Part shown: positions 27,796-40,300 of the stretch, in pieces
Position numbering within the stretch: position 1 is the first letter of the stretch
Layout: each line of letters starts with the position of its first letter
DNA from: Acanthaster planci
Lineage: Eukaryota
Reading direction: 5' to 3'
Assembly (NCBI RefSeq): GCF_001949145.1
Contig: NW_019091355.1
Span: forward strand, 1,697,107 to 1,761,106
DNA length: 64,000 bases
Program-made: the position numbers and the translations under genes
Notes under the pieces: generated by a model
Databases searched by the model: none
What the model saw: the letters and a program-made list of their open reading frames with translations, nothing else
What the model was told of the DNA's origin: nothing

Positions 27796-29534
27796 TTTCT
27801 AGGTGTTTGGATCCTGACCCCTTGGGTCTTGAAGACGGTTCTATTCTTGATAATCGTGTCTCTGCGTCCAAGGATCCTTCTCCGCCTCCAACGGACGCCT
27901 TGGCTTCGATGGGTTTTGGAGACCACAGAAGTGCGTAGACAGACTTATATGCAAATGTATATATAGAAAATGCATACATGTACAGGGTTTGCTTGGCTGC
28001 CATCTTGCAGGCCAATGCTTTTGCTCCACATGGTTTGCACAAAAGAGGTTTCCCTGTGGAAGAAAACAACTGCCATGCAAAGACGCTACCACGCAAAGCT
28101 TTTACACCCACAATACACAGGCGATTCACAAAAGTGTGCCTCCAAAAGTTTGCAACGCGTGGGCCAATCACAAATTCTGTCGACTCTTTCCAAACGCGCA
28201 TTGGATGACAAATTTCGCGCATTATGATAGGTTAGTGCGTTGCAAACACTTGGCGACGCACTATAAATGTGAAACGCCCGTTTTTGTTTTTTAAAGGGCT
28301 AAGAGGGTTCACCCTTCCCACAGTTTTTGTATTGCGATTGAAAAGGGTTTTCTATCACTGCCCCAGAATTTCAATTGGGTTCTGTTGAATTCCTGCAAGC
28401 GGTCCCCTAAGGTCGATGCAAATGGTGACTCACCTTTTTTGTAAAACTCAGTTCGACGCGAACTGAATCGAGCGCTGGATTCAGCGGAGCTTCATTCTGT
28501 GGTCCGTAGCCGCTCCGTCCGTACCTTGAACCTACGTTGACGGTCTCTAGTCGAGCGCTAGTCAAGAGTCATGAACGTACCACGCCCCAAAGTCATATGC
28601 TGTTCTTCACAACATAGATGTTTTGTATTTTGTCCCACGCCCCTTTCTTTTTTTTTGAAAAAAAATCCCCTCCATTTCCCTTTACTTTTGGTTCTCCCTC
28701 CGACACATTCAGTTCCGACTCTAATGCCTGGATTCAAGTAGACATTGGTTACAGTGCAGAGGTGCTTGGGGTCACCACTCAAGGTTCCCACTTGGGCCAC
28801 GAGTTCCGGGTAACCAGCTATCGAGTGGGATACCAGACACCACTTGGAACAGACTCTCAGTTGGCTTACGTGAGGATGAGGATAAGATTAAGGTGAGCAG
28901 TTCCTTTTGGGGAAAATGCACTACTTTGGAGGAACTGGTTCTAACATTCGAACTTCCATCTTCCCGTCGATTTGTCCAATCATTTTGATTCATACATCGA
29001 TTTATACATCATTGTACTTGTTCCAACAGAACCGAGTCCTCCAGAAATTGAATATACCTGGTTTTGAAGTTACTTTAGAATCTAATAACTCTCTGGGGAG
29101 TTTTTGAACCCTTGTTTTTGCCCATGAAACTGGTCCTCGTGTTTGAACCAGCTCGATGTAGACTTTGTCAAAATTTCTTCCTGGTTTCAAGTTCCAGGTG
29201 GCCACAGGAGGAAGACTGTGTTTCGAAGTAGGTCACAGCGAGCTAGAGGACTCTGATGTGCGAATGTTTACATGGTTTCAGAATTAATTGAGGACAAAAT
29301 AAGTTGATGGTTGGTACCAAAGGCGTTGCCATAGGAGCAAGATGAGACCACGACAAAAAATACCTTTATTCTTCTGGCTATTTGTTTTGCAGTTGTTTGC
29401 CGGTAATGTCAAAGATTCTCAAGCCGAAGTTCCTAATCTCTTTGTCGACAGCTAGCATTGTGGCAATACGAGTCCGCATCGAGCCCGTCGAATGGTACAA
29501 GAAAATTGCCCTGAGGTTTTAATTGCTTTGGTGT
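27796..29534 (+). pseudogene. Discoidin / coagulation factor 5/8 type C domain pseudogene (three exons)
   Basis: Exon A 27796-27930: CLDPDPLGLEDGSILDNRVSASK, frameshift, SASNGRLGFDGFWRP. Exon B 28713-28892: SDSNAWIQVDIGYSAEVLGVTTQG...RVTSYRVGY...AYV, -1 frameshift, (E)DEDKIK. Exon C 29393-29534: LFAGNVKDSQAEVPNLF, frameshift, IVAIRVRIEPVEWYKKIALRF*LLWC. AG/GT sites are canonical and the motifs follow the F5/8C consensus. TAA at 29520-29522 sits where the conserved Glu of LRxELxGC is expected. Confidence 0.85.
28118..28281. mobile_element. MITE family 1, copy c (inverted), in intron 1 of the discoidin pseudogene
   Basis: Reverse-complement match to copy a; termini GGCGATTCACA / TGTGAAACGCCC. 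Confidence 0.8.
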
Positions 29535-30430
29535 CGCAAAAACAACACTCCCAAATCCTCCAAATTCAATACGATTTTACATACACCCTAGGGGTTAGGG
29601 TTAACTGATCAAAGAGCATGCATTCATTCCGTGCAACTATTCTTAATCATTCCTAATTTTGTGAAGTACTAAGCAGAAACCGAAACATGCTAAACTGTAC
29701 TTTAGTTTGATATGTGCCCTTAAGATCTCCATGAAATGCATTTGAGGCAATTTACTCGTCTGTAGTCTTTAGTAAAATGTTTTCATTGGCTAGGTCCTCC
29801 TGGAGCTCATGGTACGGACTGGTTGTCACCTAGAGCGTGGCCCCACAACTGCAAGGATCGAACGTCATCCAACCACACTCAGGACAGACGGTGTAATGAC
29901 GCTTATGGCGGCAACATTCAATGATTTCTTTTGAAGGAATTAACAATTAGTCTCGTAATGAAAAGACACTCATAAGATTAACACTTAAAATTAAGATTAA
30001 AACTTAGAATTCGGAAGAAATTCAGGAAGTCTGACCATTCCAATTGGTCTACAGCCTGTCACTTGGGTAGTTTTCATCGGGTGATTAAAAATTTCAGAAA
30101 ATAAGTGTACAGAAACTTGTCTTCAATAAATACAAATTCTGGATTTGGACAACAAAATGTGATTATGTATCGGTATTGTTTTAACTTTCAATACAGCAAC
30201 CTTAATTAACAAGCCCTTAGCATGTAAGAAATTCTCAAACACATGCGCGTTAATGAACTTGGCGGTAAAAAAAAAAGCGCTGAAGGCATGGGTTGATCGC
30301 GCGTTGAATCGCGAGCTATGCGAAGGCTGGCCATTGACACAATGCGCACAACATTAGTTCTCCCAGGAGGTCATCATCAAGTAATAATCCATCTCAGGAT
30401 GCCAACATTTTGCCTGCTGTCCTCTGAGTA

Positions 30431-30574
30431 AAGGCCGTGTCCGAATCACTTGGCTGCGGCTTGGAATTACACAAGACTCAATGGGCTACTAGGCTACGAG
30501 TGGGCTACAGACACTACTACAGAATCGCGTGTGATATCAAGCTACAGCCAAGTGATTGATTCGGGCGTAGTCTT
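30431..30574. mobile_element. MITE with GGCCGTGTCCGAA-type TIRs (possibly PIF/Harbinger-like)
   Basis: AAGGCCGTGTCCGAATCACTTGGCTG ... CAGCCAAGTGATTGATTCGGGCGTAGTCTT; termini resemble the elements at 59612 and 63441. Confidence 0.6.
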
Positions 30575-30744
30575 AGGATAATATCAGCGTCTCAAAGTTG
30601 GTTGGCACTTCCAGAGATCCAAGTAATGTTGTCAATTTTCCCAACCAGAGTCGCGGGGATGCAGCTTCAGTTTACAAAACCAAATCATGATTTCATAAAC
30701 TCAAGTGACATCCAGAAACTTAGCAGCAAATTAAACGACACGGA

Positions 30745-33461
30745 TCACAGAAAGTCTGGCTTGTCGTACCCGAAAAGCTCGAAATCTAAGTTGTACATCC
30801 TCCACAGAGTTTGTAACGAAGCATTGACGGTACGTCTAAGGAAGGCTGAGTAGACTTGAGAACTGTTAGTCTGATGTCTGTCACCAGTCGGGAAGGAGAT
30901 TTTGTCCTGTAGCCCAAGTGACGTCAGTATGTACCTAGCGTCGTCATTGGCAGTCTCAAGCTTACCCAAATAGTCGTACCTGACCTTGCACGGCGAACAT
31001 ATCTTGTGGATCTCCATCCAGTGGGAGTCAAAGCCCGCCCTCTCCCTCGGATCGGTTAGGTAGGCTATCCACTCGTGCCAGGTGATATTTCGGCCACTTT
31101 TAAGCAGTTTCTGCACCTTGGCATTCCTGCGGTACTTCATAATGATGTGCTTAGCGAGGGGCTCCCAAAAAGGCAGCACTCTGCCCGCAAATTTATCCAG
31201 ATAAGTGGACAGGATGCGTCGGAAAGGATGGCGGGTGTACATGAACTTGGTGTAGGTGTGAAGTCGGTGTGTCTGCTCGGCCGGATTAAAGTGGCTGAGC
31301 TTTCTCAAGCCTTTAGGGTGGTTGGTTTCCTTCAAGGTAATGTCCTCTGTCCGGTTACGTACACCACCAAGAACCATTAAAACTCTCTTCCAGTTACTGC
31401 ATGCAACCTAACAAAAACATTAAAAAATAGGTGAACTCGTTCTGAGTGGATATTGTTCTCAGCGTATTATGGCCAGTTTACAACAGGCACTTTACTTAAG
31501 TCATACGTGAAAGGCTGCCGTCAAAGGCGGTACTTTTCCCCCTCTCCAAATGTTCAGAATCAACAAACCTTTGGGACAAAGCAATAAAGTATCTTGTACT
31601 CGTCGTTCACGTATATTTGTTGTAAGGTCATGCGACTGATGCCGCTTCTTGAGAGCTCGGGATGTCTGCTGCAGCCCCACGTGAGATGTTTGCGGCGCTC
31701 TTGCTGAATGGCTGCCTGTAGCTCCATAAACCCCTCCAGCTCAACTTCTTCGCTACGCTCCTCCTAATTCAAAAGTGGAAACGAGAGACGGTCACGGATG
31801 AGGAAGCGTATACCTTCGATTATAGCGGCGATAACGGCCATGAGCCCCTCTTGCAGTTGCAGTTTGTGCCTAGCAGGGGCTGGCAAACCTATGGCCAGCC
31901 ATCCGTACAGAGAAGAGAAAAACTTTACAAGTGCTTAAAAATCTCTTGTAGGTATGAATACTAAATTATATATTATGACTAATCCACAATTTGAAAGCAT
32001 ACCCCTTAAATGGGAAACTGTGCACTTTGAATTTGAGAGAAAAATCTGCTGCCAGCCAAGGATGGACTCTTTGCAAACCCTTGCAGCCTATAAAAACAGT
32101 ATACGCAATGTCTGCAAACGAAAAAAAAATGGCTCTATAGGGCGGAAAATGACAAAACAAAATACAGACTTCCCTATCGTAGTTCCATGGTAAATTACAT
32201 TACAAACGAAACATTACATAATAAAAAGACCTACCTTCTCTCTCTCTCATGGCATTCCTTTGCTTTTTGTCTGTCCTTTTGTATTTCAACAGGACGCTGC
32301 ATGCCCTCAAAGCTTGGCACATGAAACCCTTTGACATATTTTCCCACCATCCACTACATTTTTTTTCAGCAAGCTTCTTTACAACCACTGGTACAGCACA
32401 CTACACGCATCCAAGACTAAACTTGAACCTTTTTAGGTTTATATTTTTGCGCCCGCTATACACCCGGTTTGGCAGTCGTGTATCCTCATGCACTTAACTG
32501 TGGATCTTGTTAATTAGTTAATGTACCTTTGTAAAGTCCACAGTTTGAAGGTGTTCTATACATGTACAAACCCACACACGCAAGACAGTCACAGCACGAA
32601 GGAAGGATGTACATGTACTAACATTTTCGCTACTCTTTCCTGGCGTCCGAGAGCCGTTTTGCTGCCACGTGGACTGGGTCAGATCAACATTCCGCAGCTG
32701 CCCAGATAGGCGCCTCACATCCAGCTTTGGGTGCTGACCAAGAAATCCAATCGGCTTTGGTCTGTCCGTGGCTGAAACAATGAGTGGATCAGAAGTACCA
32801 AATCGTGTCTCCAATCACTGATGAATAAGACTTGATCATGCCGAAATGTTTTAGGGTTAAGCTTTATCAAGAATTTGCAATGATAGCCAACGGCTATCCG
32901 CTAATCCACAGCCATTTCCATTGATTCTTAGTCGTGTCACATGACATAGCGGTTGTTTGCCGCATACTACGCGCAGTAATTTTAGAAGTTAGTCAAGAAC
33001 CTATGGGTTAAAAACCCGTACAAACTGATTTTGTTTAGTCAATATTCCGGTCATTTTCTTCCCCAGTCCTGAACAGTGCTATGCTTCAAGTTGAGCCTGT
33101 TTGAGGTGGAGTTGGAGGGTAATGACTTTGTATAGGCTCAAGTTAACCTTTCGCGAATTCACTGTAACAAATTAAAATAAAGAACAGCTTCCAAGGCATC
33201 ATAATCACCAAGGTGATTTACGGCAACATCACTGAAGATTGGAAGTTGTAGCAGACACCGTTTTTCTAAATACACGAGAGATCGTGAATCGAAACAGACA
33301 AAACCTCATAGCAATCAGGACTACAATGTACTCATGCAGTGGTATCTGATTTGCTTACCTGTTGTTTCGAATAGAGTGACGATGAAGACGACTATCAGGC
33401 ATAAGATACAATATGCAAGGCAGCATAGTTGCTTAGAGATCGGTGGACCAGGGACATTCAT
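30745..33461 (-). CDS. Golgi carbohydrate sulfotransferase (Sulfotransfer_2 family, CHST8-14/CHST11-like), 4 exons, 369 aa
   Basis: Exons 33461-33359 (MNVPGPPISKQLCCLAYCILCLIVVFIVTLF, type II TM), 32771-32623, 31763-31569 and 31407-30745. All junctions are GT-AG with consistent phases, 1110 nt in total. 5'-PSB YCFVPKVACSNWKR, 3'-PB RHPFRRILSTY, plus HW...CSPC...YDYLGKLET and YNLDFELFGY motifs. Confidence 0.93.
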
Positions 33462-34424
33462 CAAGAACAGAATAGTAACTTGACTTGATTAGTTTCAACT
33501 GCAAATGGGATGCAATAAGAACGTTTGACAACCAGATTAAGAGTGGACACATATACCGTACGAAGGCTATGTATGATCACCAGTTAATCAAAACTGGGAA
33601 TCTTACTCATGTTACAGAGATGCGCAGACATAATGAAATAGGAACTTCACATTACCTATGCAGTCATCCCCTGCACGGTTCAGTCTTTCTTCGACTGAAT
33701 GGTCTTTACTGTAAGTCCGTCTTCAAGCCTTATTGTGTTGTATTGTGCAACCTCAATCTTGCCTGAATCTGGACAGACGTCCTTTCATCGCTTACGTAAT
33801 CCGATGCGACATACACTTTACATGGCAAAGTTTTCTCTGTCTCCGCGACAACGCAGTTTTTTCACGGCAAGCAAGTATAACCTTTGGTCGTGAATTCATT
33901 TCGTCAAAGCTAACTACAAGTGCATGTATGATGCAAGATGTGCGGTAAAGCCTAACGGGGACTCCCCTGTTGTGTTGTCTTTTGTGTTGACCGTCTTTGG
34001 AATTCCTTTCAGATTTCCAGGGGGGGTGCAGTACGTACAATAGCCTTAGGATATACAGCTTGCGAATTACATTAGGGGGGTCCCCCTTTACCGCATATCG
34101 TGCACAGTATCTAACTTCATGAACCTAATCACAAGATTGGTGCCCCAGTTTAGGTTGTGAATTCTCAGCGTGCCTCGGAACCACATCACTCGATGGAAAA
34201 AAAGGTGTACAGACTTACAAATCCCATGCGCTCAGGCCCATGGGCACTACCAGGATTTTCTCCTAGGGAGGGCAGGGGGCAAAAACTTTTTCTAAGAAGG
34301 CAAACTTCCAGGGGGCACTCATCAGGAGCACACCGACTAACAATAATCGGTACAAGAGGCCATTTTCAAGAGAAAGGTTTCAGTTGGATTACTATCAAAC
34401 ATGTGAAACACGAGTGTAAAACAC

Positions 34425-34612
34425 CTGAGCGGAGTAACACGGTCGAGTAAAATAATTACCCGCCCAGGTGAAATAATAATCCGCCCGAGGGAAATAGTAC
34501 TTTGCCAGGCTGAAAAAACAGTCTGGGAGAAATGCTAACGTACCCGGGCGAAACACTAACCTACCTGGGCGAAACACTAACCTACCCGAAATAGTAATCC
34601 GCCTGGGCGAAT
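34425..34612. repeat. ~21-bp imperfect minisatellite
   Basis: Recurrent units such as aaataataatccgcccgaggg and aaacactaacctacctgggcg. Confidence 0.75.
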
Positions 34613-34751
34613 TAATGGGGATTTTACTGTAGTCATGTCCTATGCATGCTTCCGTAAAATGGTGAGTGAAGTTCATGAACTTTAAAAATGCCCTTCGTTT
34701 GACGTTTCTCGGAGAGAACAAACAAAAAGTTCATGTTAACAGTAACTTTAA

Positions 34752-35187
34752 CCCTAAAAGAACTGGGGTGAGGAATACTCCTTTACGTTTTTCCGATATC
34801 GTCGTAGTGCGTTTTTAAGGAGTTGAGCCTTTAGGTGTTTACAGAGTAACTCTTCGAGGTCGTTTTGACACCATGTTTGCAAAAATCGAACGTACCGCAC
34901 CCACGCAGACGCATTTTTGCGAGACGGGACAGTCCGGAATGTACCGGTATACTTTTTTCCGCAGCGATGCACAGAGGTGCATGCAAGTAACCATGAACTG
35001 AAAATGACCGTAGCCCCAAAGCCATATGTCTGATTGAGTTCACACTTCACCTTTGTAATGATTAGGAGTGTCAGTACATGCATGCTAAGTTTTTTTATGA
35101 AACTGGGCGTGGCCAAGCCGAGTTCCTGGGGGCGGAATCTGCCCCCCCCCATGTAATATGGGCCAAAATAACCCCTCTCTTTTAGGG
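34752..35187. mobile_element. piggyBac-like non-autonomous element, copy 1
   Basis: TTAA-CCCTAAAAGA ... TCTTTTAGGG-TTTA; homologous to 35292-35697. Confidence 0.7.
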
Positions 35188-35291
35188 TTTAGATTGCCCT
35201 CCCTTATACATAGACTGTTGTTTGACGTTTCTCGGAGTGAACGAACTTAGTCCATCCAGAACAAAAAGTTCATGGTAACAGTAAACTTTAA

Positions 35292-35697
35292 CCCTAAAAG
35301 AGCTGAAGGAGGAATCTGCCCTCCATGACATTTTCAGATATTGTATATATATATAGTGAATTTTTAGGAGTTGAGCCTCAGATGTTTTTCAAGTAACTCT
35401 TTGCGGTCATTTTGACACCATATTTGCAAAAATCAAACATACCGTTCTCGCGCAGCGCTCATTTTTCCAAGACAGGACAGCCAAAAATGTATACTTTTTT
35501 CCACTGTGGTGCTTAAATTAATGCACGCACGCTCTCACGTGCATGTAGCCATGAACTTCTAAGTTCACATAAACGATAAGGAGTGTCTGTATATGCATGC
35601 CAATTTACAAAAAAAATCGGGCATATCACAGCCAATTTATTAGGGGGGGGCGGATCCCCCATTGGAGATGGGCTAAACTAACCCGGCTCGTCTAGGG
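35292..35697. mobile_element. piggyBac-like non-autonomous element, copy 2
   Basis: TTAA-CCCTAAAAGAGC ... GCTCGTCTAGGG-TTAA. Confidence 0.7.
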
Positions 35698-36514
35698 TTA
35701 ATAATACCCCCCTTAACATTGACCGTAGTTTGACGTTTCTCGGAGTGAACGAACTTCAAATGAAGCGTTCTTCACGAAAGTATTTATCAATGTTATCACC
35801 TCCAGATAACACACTCACCAATTGACAGCAAAGGCCAATAAACTTTTCTTGCTGGAGAATCAAAGAATAAAACATGACTAACCTACTGCAATTTATAAAG
35901 AAGGATCGTCTCCACAAAGGACGCTAAAGACACGCCAGAATTGTTTCTCAGTTCTTATTCTATGCGCATAACACACACATGCTTATGCAGCATGTTATAT
36001 TGTTTTCCAGGCATAATACTGGCTCCTTGAAGCTTCAACCACCTTGGTGAAATAGCTCGATATTGTTTTTCATACATGTATTACAGTATCATACATCAAG
36101 TTGATACGTCTGCAAGGGCCTAATGTTCTACAGGCAAATTTTCTTTGCCGCCTCAGACCAAGGCGGTTCGGCGGAGGTTGTCACTGATAGCCTGGAAGCG
36201 ATTTCCACAAGCGTCTGAATTGCCTTGACAGCAAATCGCTCGCAAAAGGAAAGATGCATTCTACAAACTGTGCGTGTATGGACCACGCCGACAGAAAAGC
36301 CCAGACGTGTGCTACCTCTCTAAATAAATCCGTGACATTTTGAAACAAAAAGAAGTCTTCTCTGCCACTTCAGGTCCATTATAAGAATACGACTCCATGT
36401 CTGTCACTCGGGTGCACGCAGACAGTCACAATGCAGTTCCTACTTTCCTTTGTGTGATTCTAGACAAATAACTTAGGAAATTAGTCTCTTTATTTGTCGC
36501 TTCATGTCCCCCAA

Positions 36515-36547
36515 AGGTCACTGAACTTTTTTGTCGTTCAAAGGTCA
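36515..36547 (+). promoter_or_regulatory. Composite nuclear-receptor response element (IR1 + DR1) upstream of CYP gene A
   Basis: AGGTCA-c-TGAACT (36515-36527, IR1) and CGTTCA-a-AGGTCA (36535-36547, DR1). They lie about 80-110 nt upstream of a strong donor CAG|GTAAGT at 36625, a probable non-coding first exon. Confidence 0.55.
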
Positions 36548-37327
36548 AGAAATTCAAAAGAGCTACAGTCACGAGCATTACCCCTTCAGCTGATCACGAG
36601 GCATTCTTGGTCTTGCAACTAGCAGGTAAGTGCGCATTTTGATTTGTGCGCTATATAATTACTCAGTTAGGGACATCAAGCCTCACCTGCTGTACAGTAA
36701 TGCATGGTATGTTCAAGTGTAAGACGTAAAAGCCGGTTCATACTTGAAGCAAAACGAACACACGCGAATAAATGACGTCAGATCAAATCTTCGCTTTGCG
36801 AATTCGGAAAACTTGAACACATTTTGCGAAATTTTGCTGCAAACCTTTCGTGACTTCGAATTCGCCCCGCTTTCAATGTATGAACCAGCCCAAACATGTT
36901 CGTGGTTTGCGTCGAGCAGCGGAGTAGGGGGCTTGAAAGATTTACATGCAGGCTAAATAGCCAATGGTGACATGGGTTGTTGTGTCTTCCAACTTGTTCA
37001 CTCAAGCAGAGAGCTTCATGTTTGAGAGAAATATTAATGCGCGCTATGTTTGGGTCCGTGAGGAAGGATTCCTTAAAACCAACACAACAGACACTGGCTT
37101 CAAATCAATAGTAAAAAGAAATTGTTTTCAAATTTCTCGCCTTGGGCAATGCAGTATTTTTTGTTGGGGTGCAGAATGACCCCACCTTACTCACCTTAAC
37201 CATTTACCCAGCCCCAACTGACACTTGAATGGCAAGGATGTAGACCAAACCTTGCTGTGTAAGGGTTTTGTTGTTGTTGTTCTTGTGAATAGTATCGTTC
37301 TGATTCTGATCCGCTGGGCCAGCAAAT

Positions 37328-40300
37328 ATGGATCTTTTCAACGTTTGGAATCACATCAACGTCCGTACAGTCTTCCTCGGGTTCATGTTGTTTGTGATCC
37401 TCTTCTGGGTTTTGCGCCGCCCAAGAAACCTTCCTCCAGGCCCCTGGGGCTGGCCTCTGCTGGGTTACTTACCACAACTTGCAAGGATCAAAGGGCCAAT
37501 TCACGAAGCCTTGGGCAGATTGTCCCACAGGTAAGGACCGGCGGAAAATATAAAGAAGATGGATAATTCAGTCGTAAAATTCATAGCCTTGAGTGCGGTT
37601 GACTCCTCCTTCAGATGTTTGTATCTACTTGCAGACGAATTCAGCCTGAGAATGGTTGATAAAGTGGTCTGCAGTGGAATTTCTAATATCCAACTTCCTC
37701 ATTTTTGTGCATGACACGCCCTAAGAAGGGCGTTTATTGAAATTTTGATCAACCAATGAATACCATAACATCTATGGCAACAATTTTTCAATTTTTGCTT
37801 AGGTATGGCAGCATTGTGAGCTTCTCGGTAGCCAATCAACTTATCGTTCTCCTACAAGATTATGAAGTCATGAAAGAAGCATTTGCCCAACAAGAATTGA
37901 ATGGACGACCGAAATTGGAAATCTGTCAGATCACCCTACCTGGCTATGGTAAGTGTCACTCAGCTCCTTTCAAAAGCATGGCTGAGAGCACCGTATGCAG
38001 ATCATATCTGGCTCCTTCATGTTGTCACATGCAAAATGGTTTTTGATATTAACCAAAACGTTCTTCGTTTTCGCGCATGTTTTGGAACAAAGTGAGATTT
38101 TAAAGACCCGAATTTAAGTAGTTGTAGTGTCTGAGTTTTTTCTTTGTTGGGCTTATGGCGCTAGAAAGGCAGGTAAAGTATCTGATCGAAACTGTAAGTT
38201 TGCACTGAACTTTTCTCGGTTACACAATACCTCTTGGGAAAGAAAATCTCTTGCTACCACAAACATTCCATGGGTTATCACAGTTCATTTCTTTCTTATC
38301 AGCCTAAGTCAATCAACTTCTTCCACAATTCGACCAAACAGGGGTTCTCTCAGCGTCTGGTGAGCCTTGGGTTGAGCTCCGTCGGTTCACAGTGACAACC
38401 TTGAGAAGTCTCGGAGTGGGCAAGTCAAGCTTTGAGGAGCACATCACCACGGAAACTAAGTATCTGATGGAGGAAATCCGAAGTCTGAAGGGTAAAGGTC
38501 TTAATCCCACACACGTCGTAGAAAACGCCGTGTCCAATGTGATCTGTTCTGTAGTTTTTGGAAGGCGATTTGAGTACACGGACACGCAGTTCAAGCGACT
38601 CTTGGAGATCCTGAAGGAGATGTTTGACCTCCTCGGAGCTGGAGGCGTGATCCAGTTCGTGCCAATATTCGCCAAGATGCGGTTCCTTCCCACTGTGAAG
38701 AAACTCATATACACCAACCTAAGCCTTGACGAAATTCTGTACCAGTTGCTGTACAACAGAAACGTTCAGCAAGGAGATGTGGACTACAACGAGAATCCGC
38801 GAGATTTCGCGGGTGCTTTCATCAAGACGATGTGCGACAGAGAGAATCAAGGTGTCCAGACATATATGACCCCATCAAGTATGCATTATACATTTGGAGA
38901 CCTGTTCGGGGCTGGCACGGAGACAACTGCTACAACGCTGCGGTGGGCGTTGCTCTTCATGGTTGGCTACCCTGAAATCCAGTCGCAGGTTCAGAAAGAT
39001 ATTGACAGCGTGGTTGGACGTAACAGGCTACCCAGGCTCTCCGATAAGTCTCAGCTGGCCTACGTTGAGGCCGTCCTTAATGAGGTTCAACGTGTGGGTG
39101 ACATTGTACCTCTGGGAGTGCCTCATAAGTGCACTGAAGACACAACCCTTCGGGGGTAGGTAGTAAAATCATTTCCAATTTCCAAATTGTGGTCATAGTG
39201 AATAAGTTTCATCGATAAACGTATGAATTGGCGCATCCCAGGTTGCACGTTCTGTGGTTAACTTTACTTATTTTGTTTATGTAGCTCAACACAGCAACTT
39301 CATTTGGTTTGTTATTAGGTATCATATCCCTAAGGGCTCTCTCATCGTTGCCAACATATCGAGCGTTCACAACGACCCAGCCGAGTGGCCCGATCCCAGC
39401 GAGTTTAGACCGGAACGATTCCTGGATGACGAGGGAAAGCTGGTTCGGCGGGACAAACTTATTCCCTTTGGAATAGGTGAGTATTACGGGATTTAACACT
39501 GCATGATGCCAACCAAAGTTTCTGATTTCTGATCAGGAGCTGGCTCCAAAAGTGGTGCAGAGACGCGGCTTTCTTTTTCTCTCACTTTTTTTCTTGAAAT
39601 GATGTACGTATAGCGCTCGATGTCCATCGCGACTGCATGCGTACGTAAAGCCAAACTTTTTCTCTTTAAAAGCATTTTCAGCTTTTACATGTGCACAGTA
39701 CATAAGACTTTACCTCTTTTTGTCTTGTTCCCAGATGTAAATGTAATATACAGAAAAGGGTGTCATCTGAAAAAGAGTGTCTGACTGTATGTATGGAGAA
39801 TTAGAGAGACTCCTTCAGTGTAGAATTACTCAACCGTACCATCCAAAAAACGTTACAATGACGCAAGTTTGGCAGCTTTTGGACATCGTTTTATACCAAA
39901 TGAAAAACATTTTTATTTTGCAGACGCGCCGGTCTTCGGCGACTCGGTGACCAGAACTGGAGACTTTATTGGCATAAATGCAGCACCGCGAAATTTTATA
40001 CAAGTCCACGAAATTTAGCCTTATTTTCTCTTAACAAACTGTTATTATTTTATTATTAATCATTTCTGGTAATGCCACCAAGGAGTCCTCAAAAGCATCC
40101 TCGGCACTTTAGCTCACAAGTCTGAAGAAACCTGTAGAGAGGAGACAATGAAAAGCACTTACAGTTTTAGAGGTAGGAGGAAAACCCCAGATGGATATTC
40201 TGGGTGAAACCCGCGAAATCAGGGACTGAATACCCAATCCACATGTGGACCAGGCCGGGATTCGAACCCGGGAGGTGAAAAGCGAGGAAAGAATCACTAC

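Noticed and set aside
29588..29603. GGGGTTAGGGTTAA telomere-like motif
   Set aside because: Fewer than two full TTAGGG units; expected by chance.
31075..31380. ORFs antisense to the sulfotransferase and P450 exons (also 38313-38756 and 45052-45541)
   Set aside because: Shadow ORFs of real coding exons.
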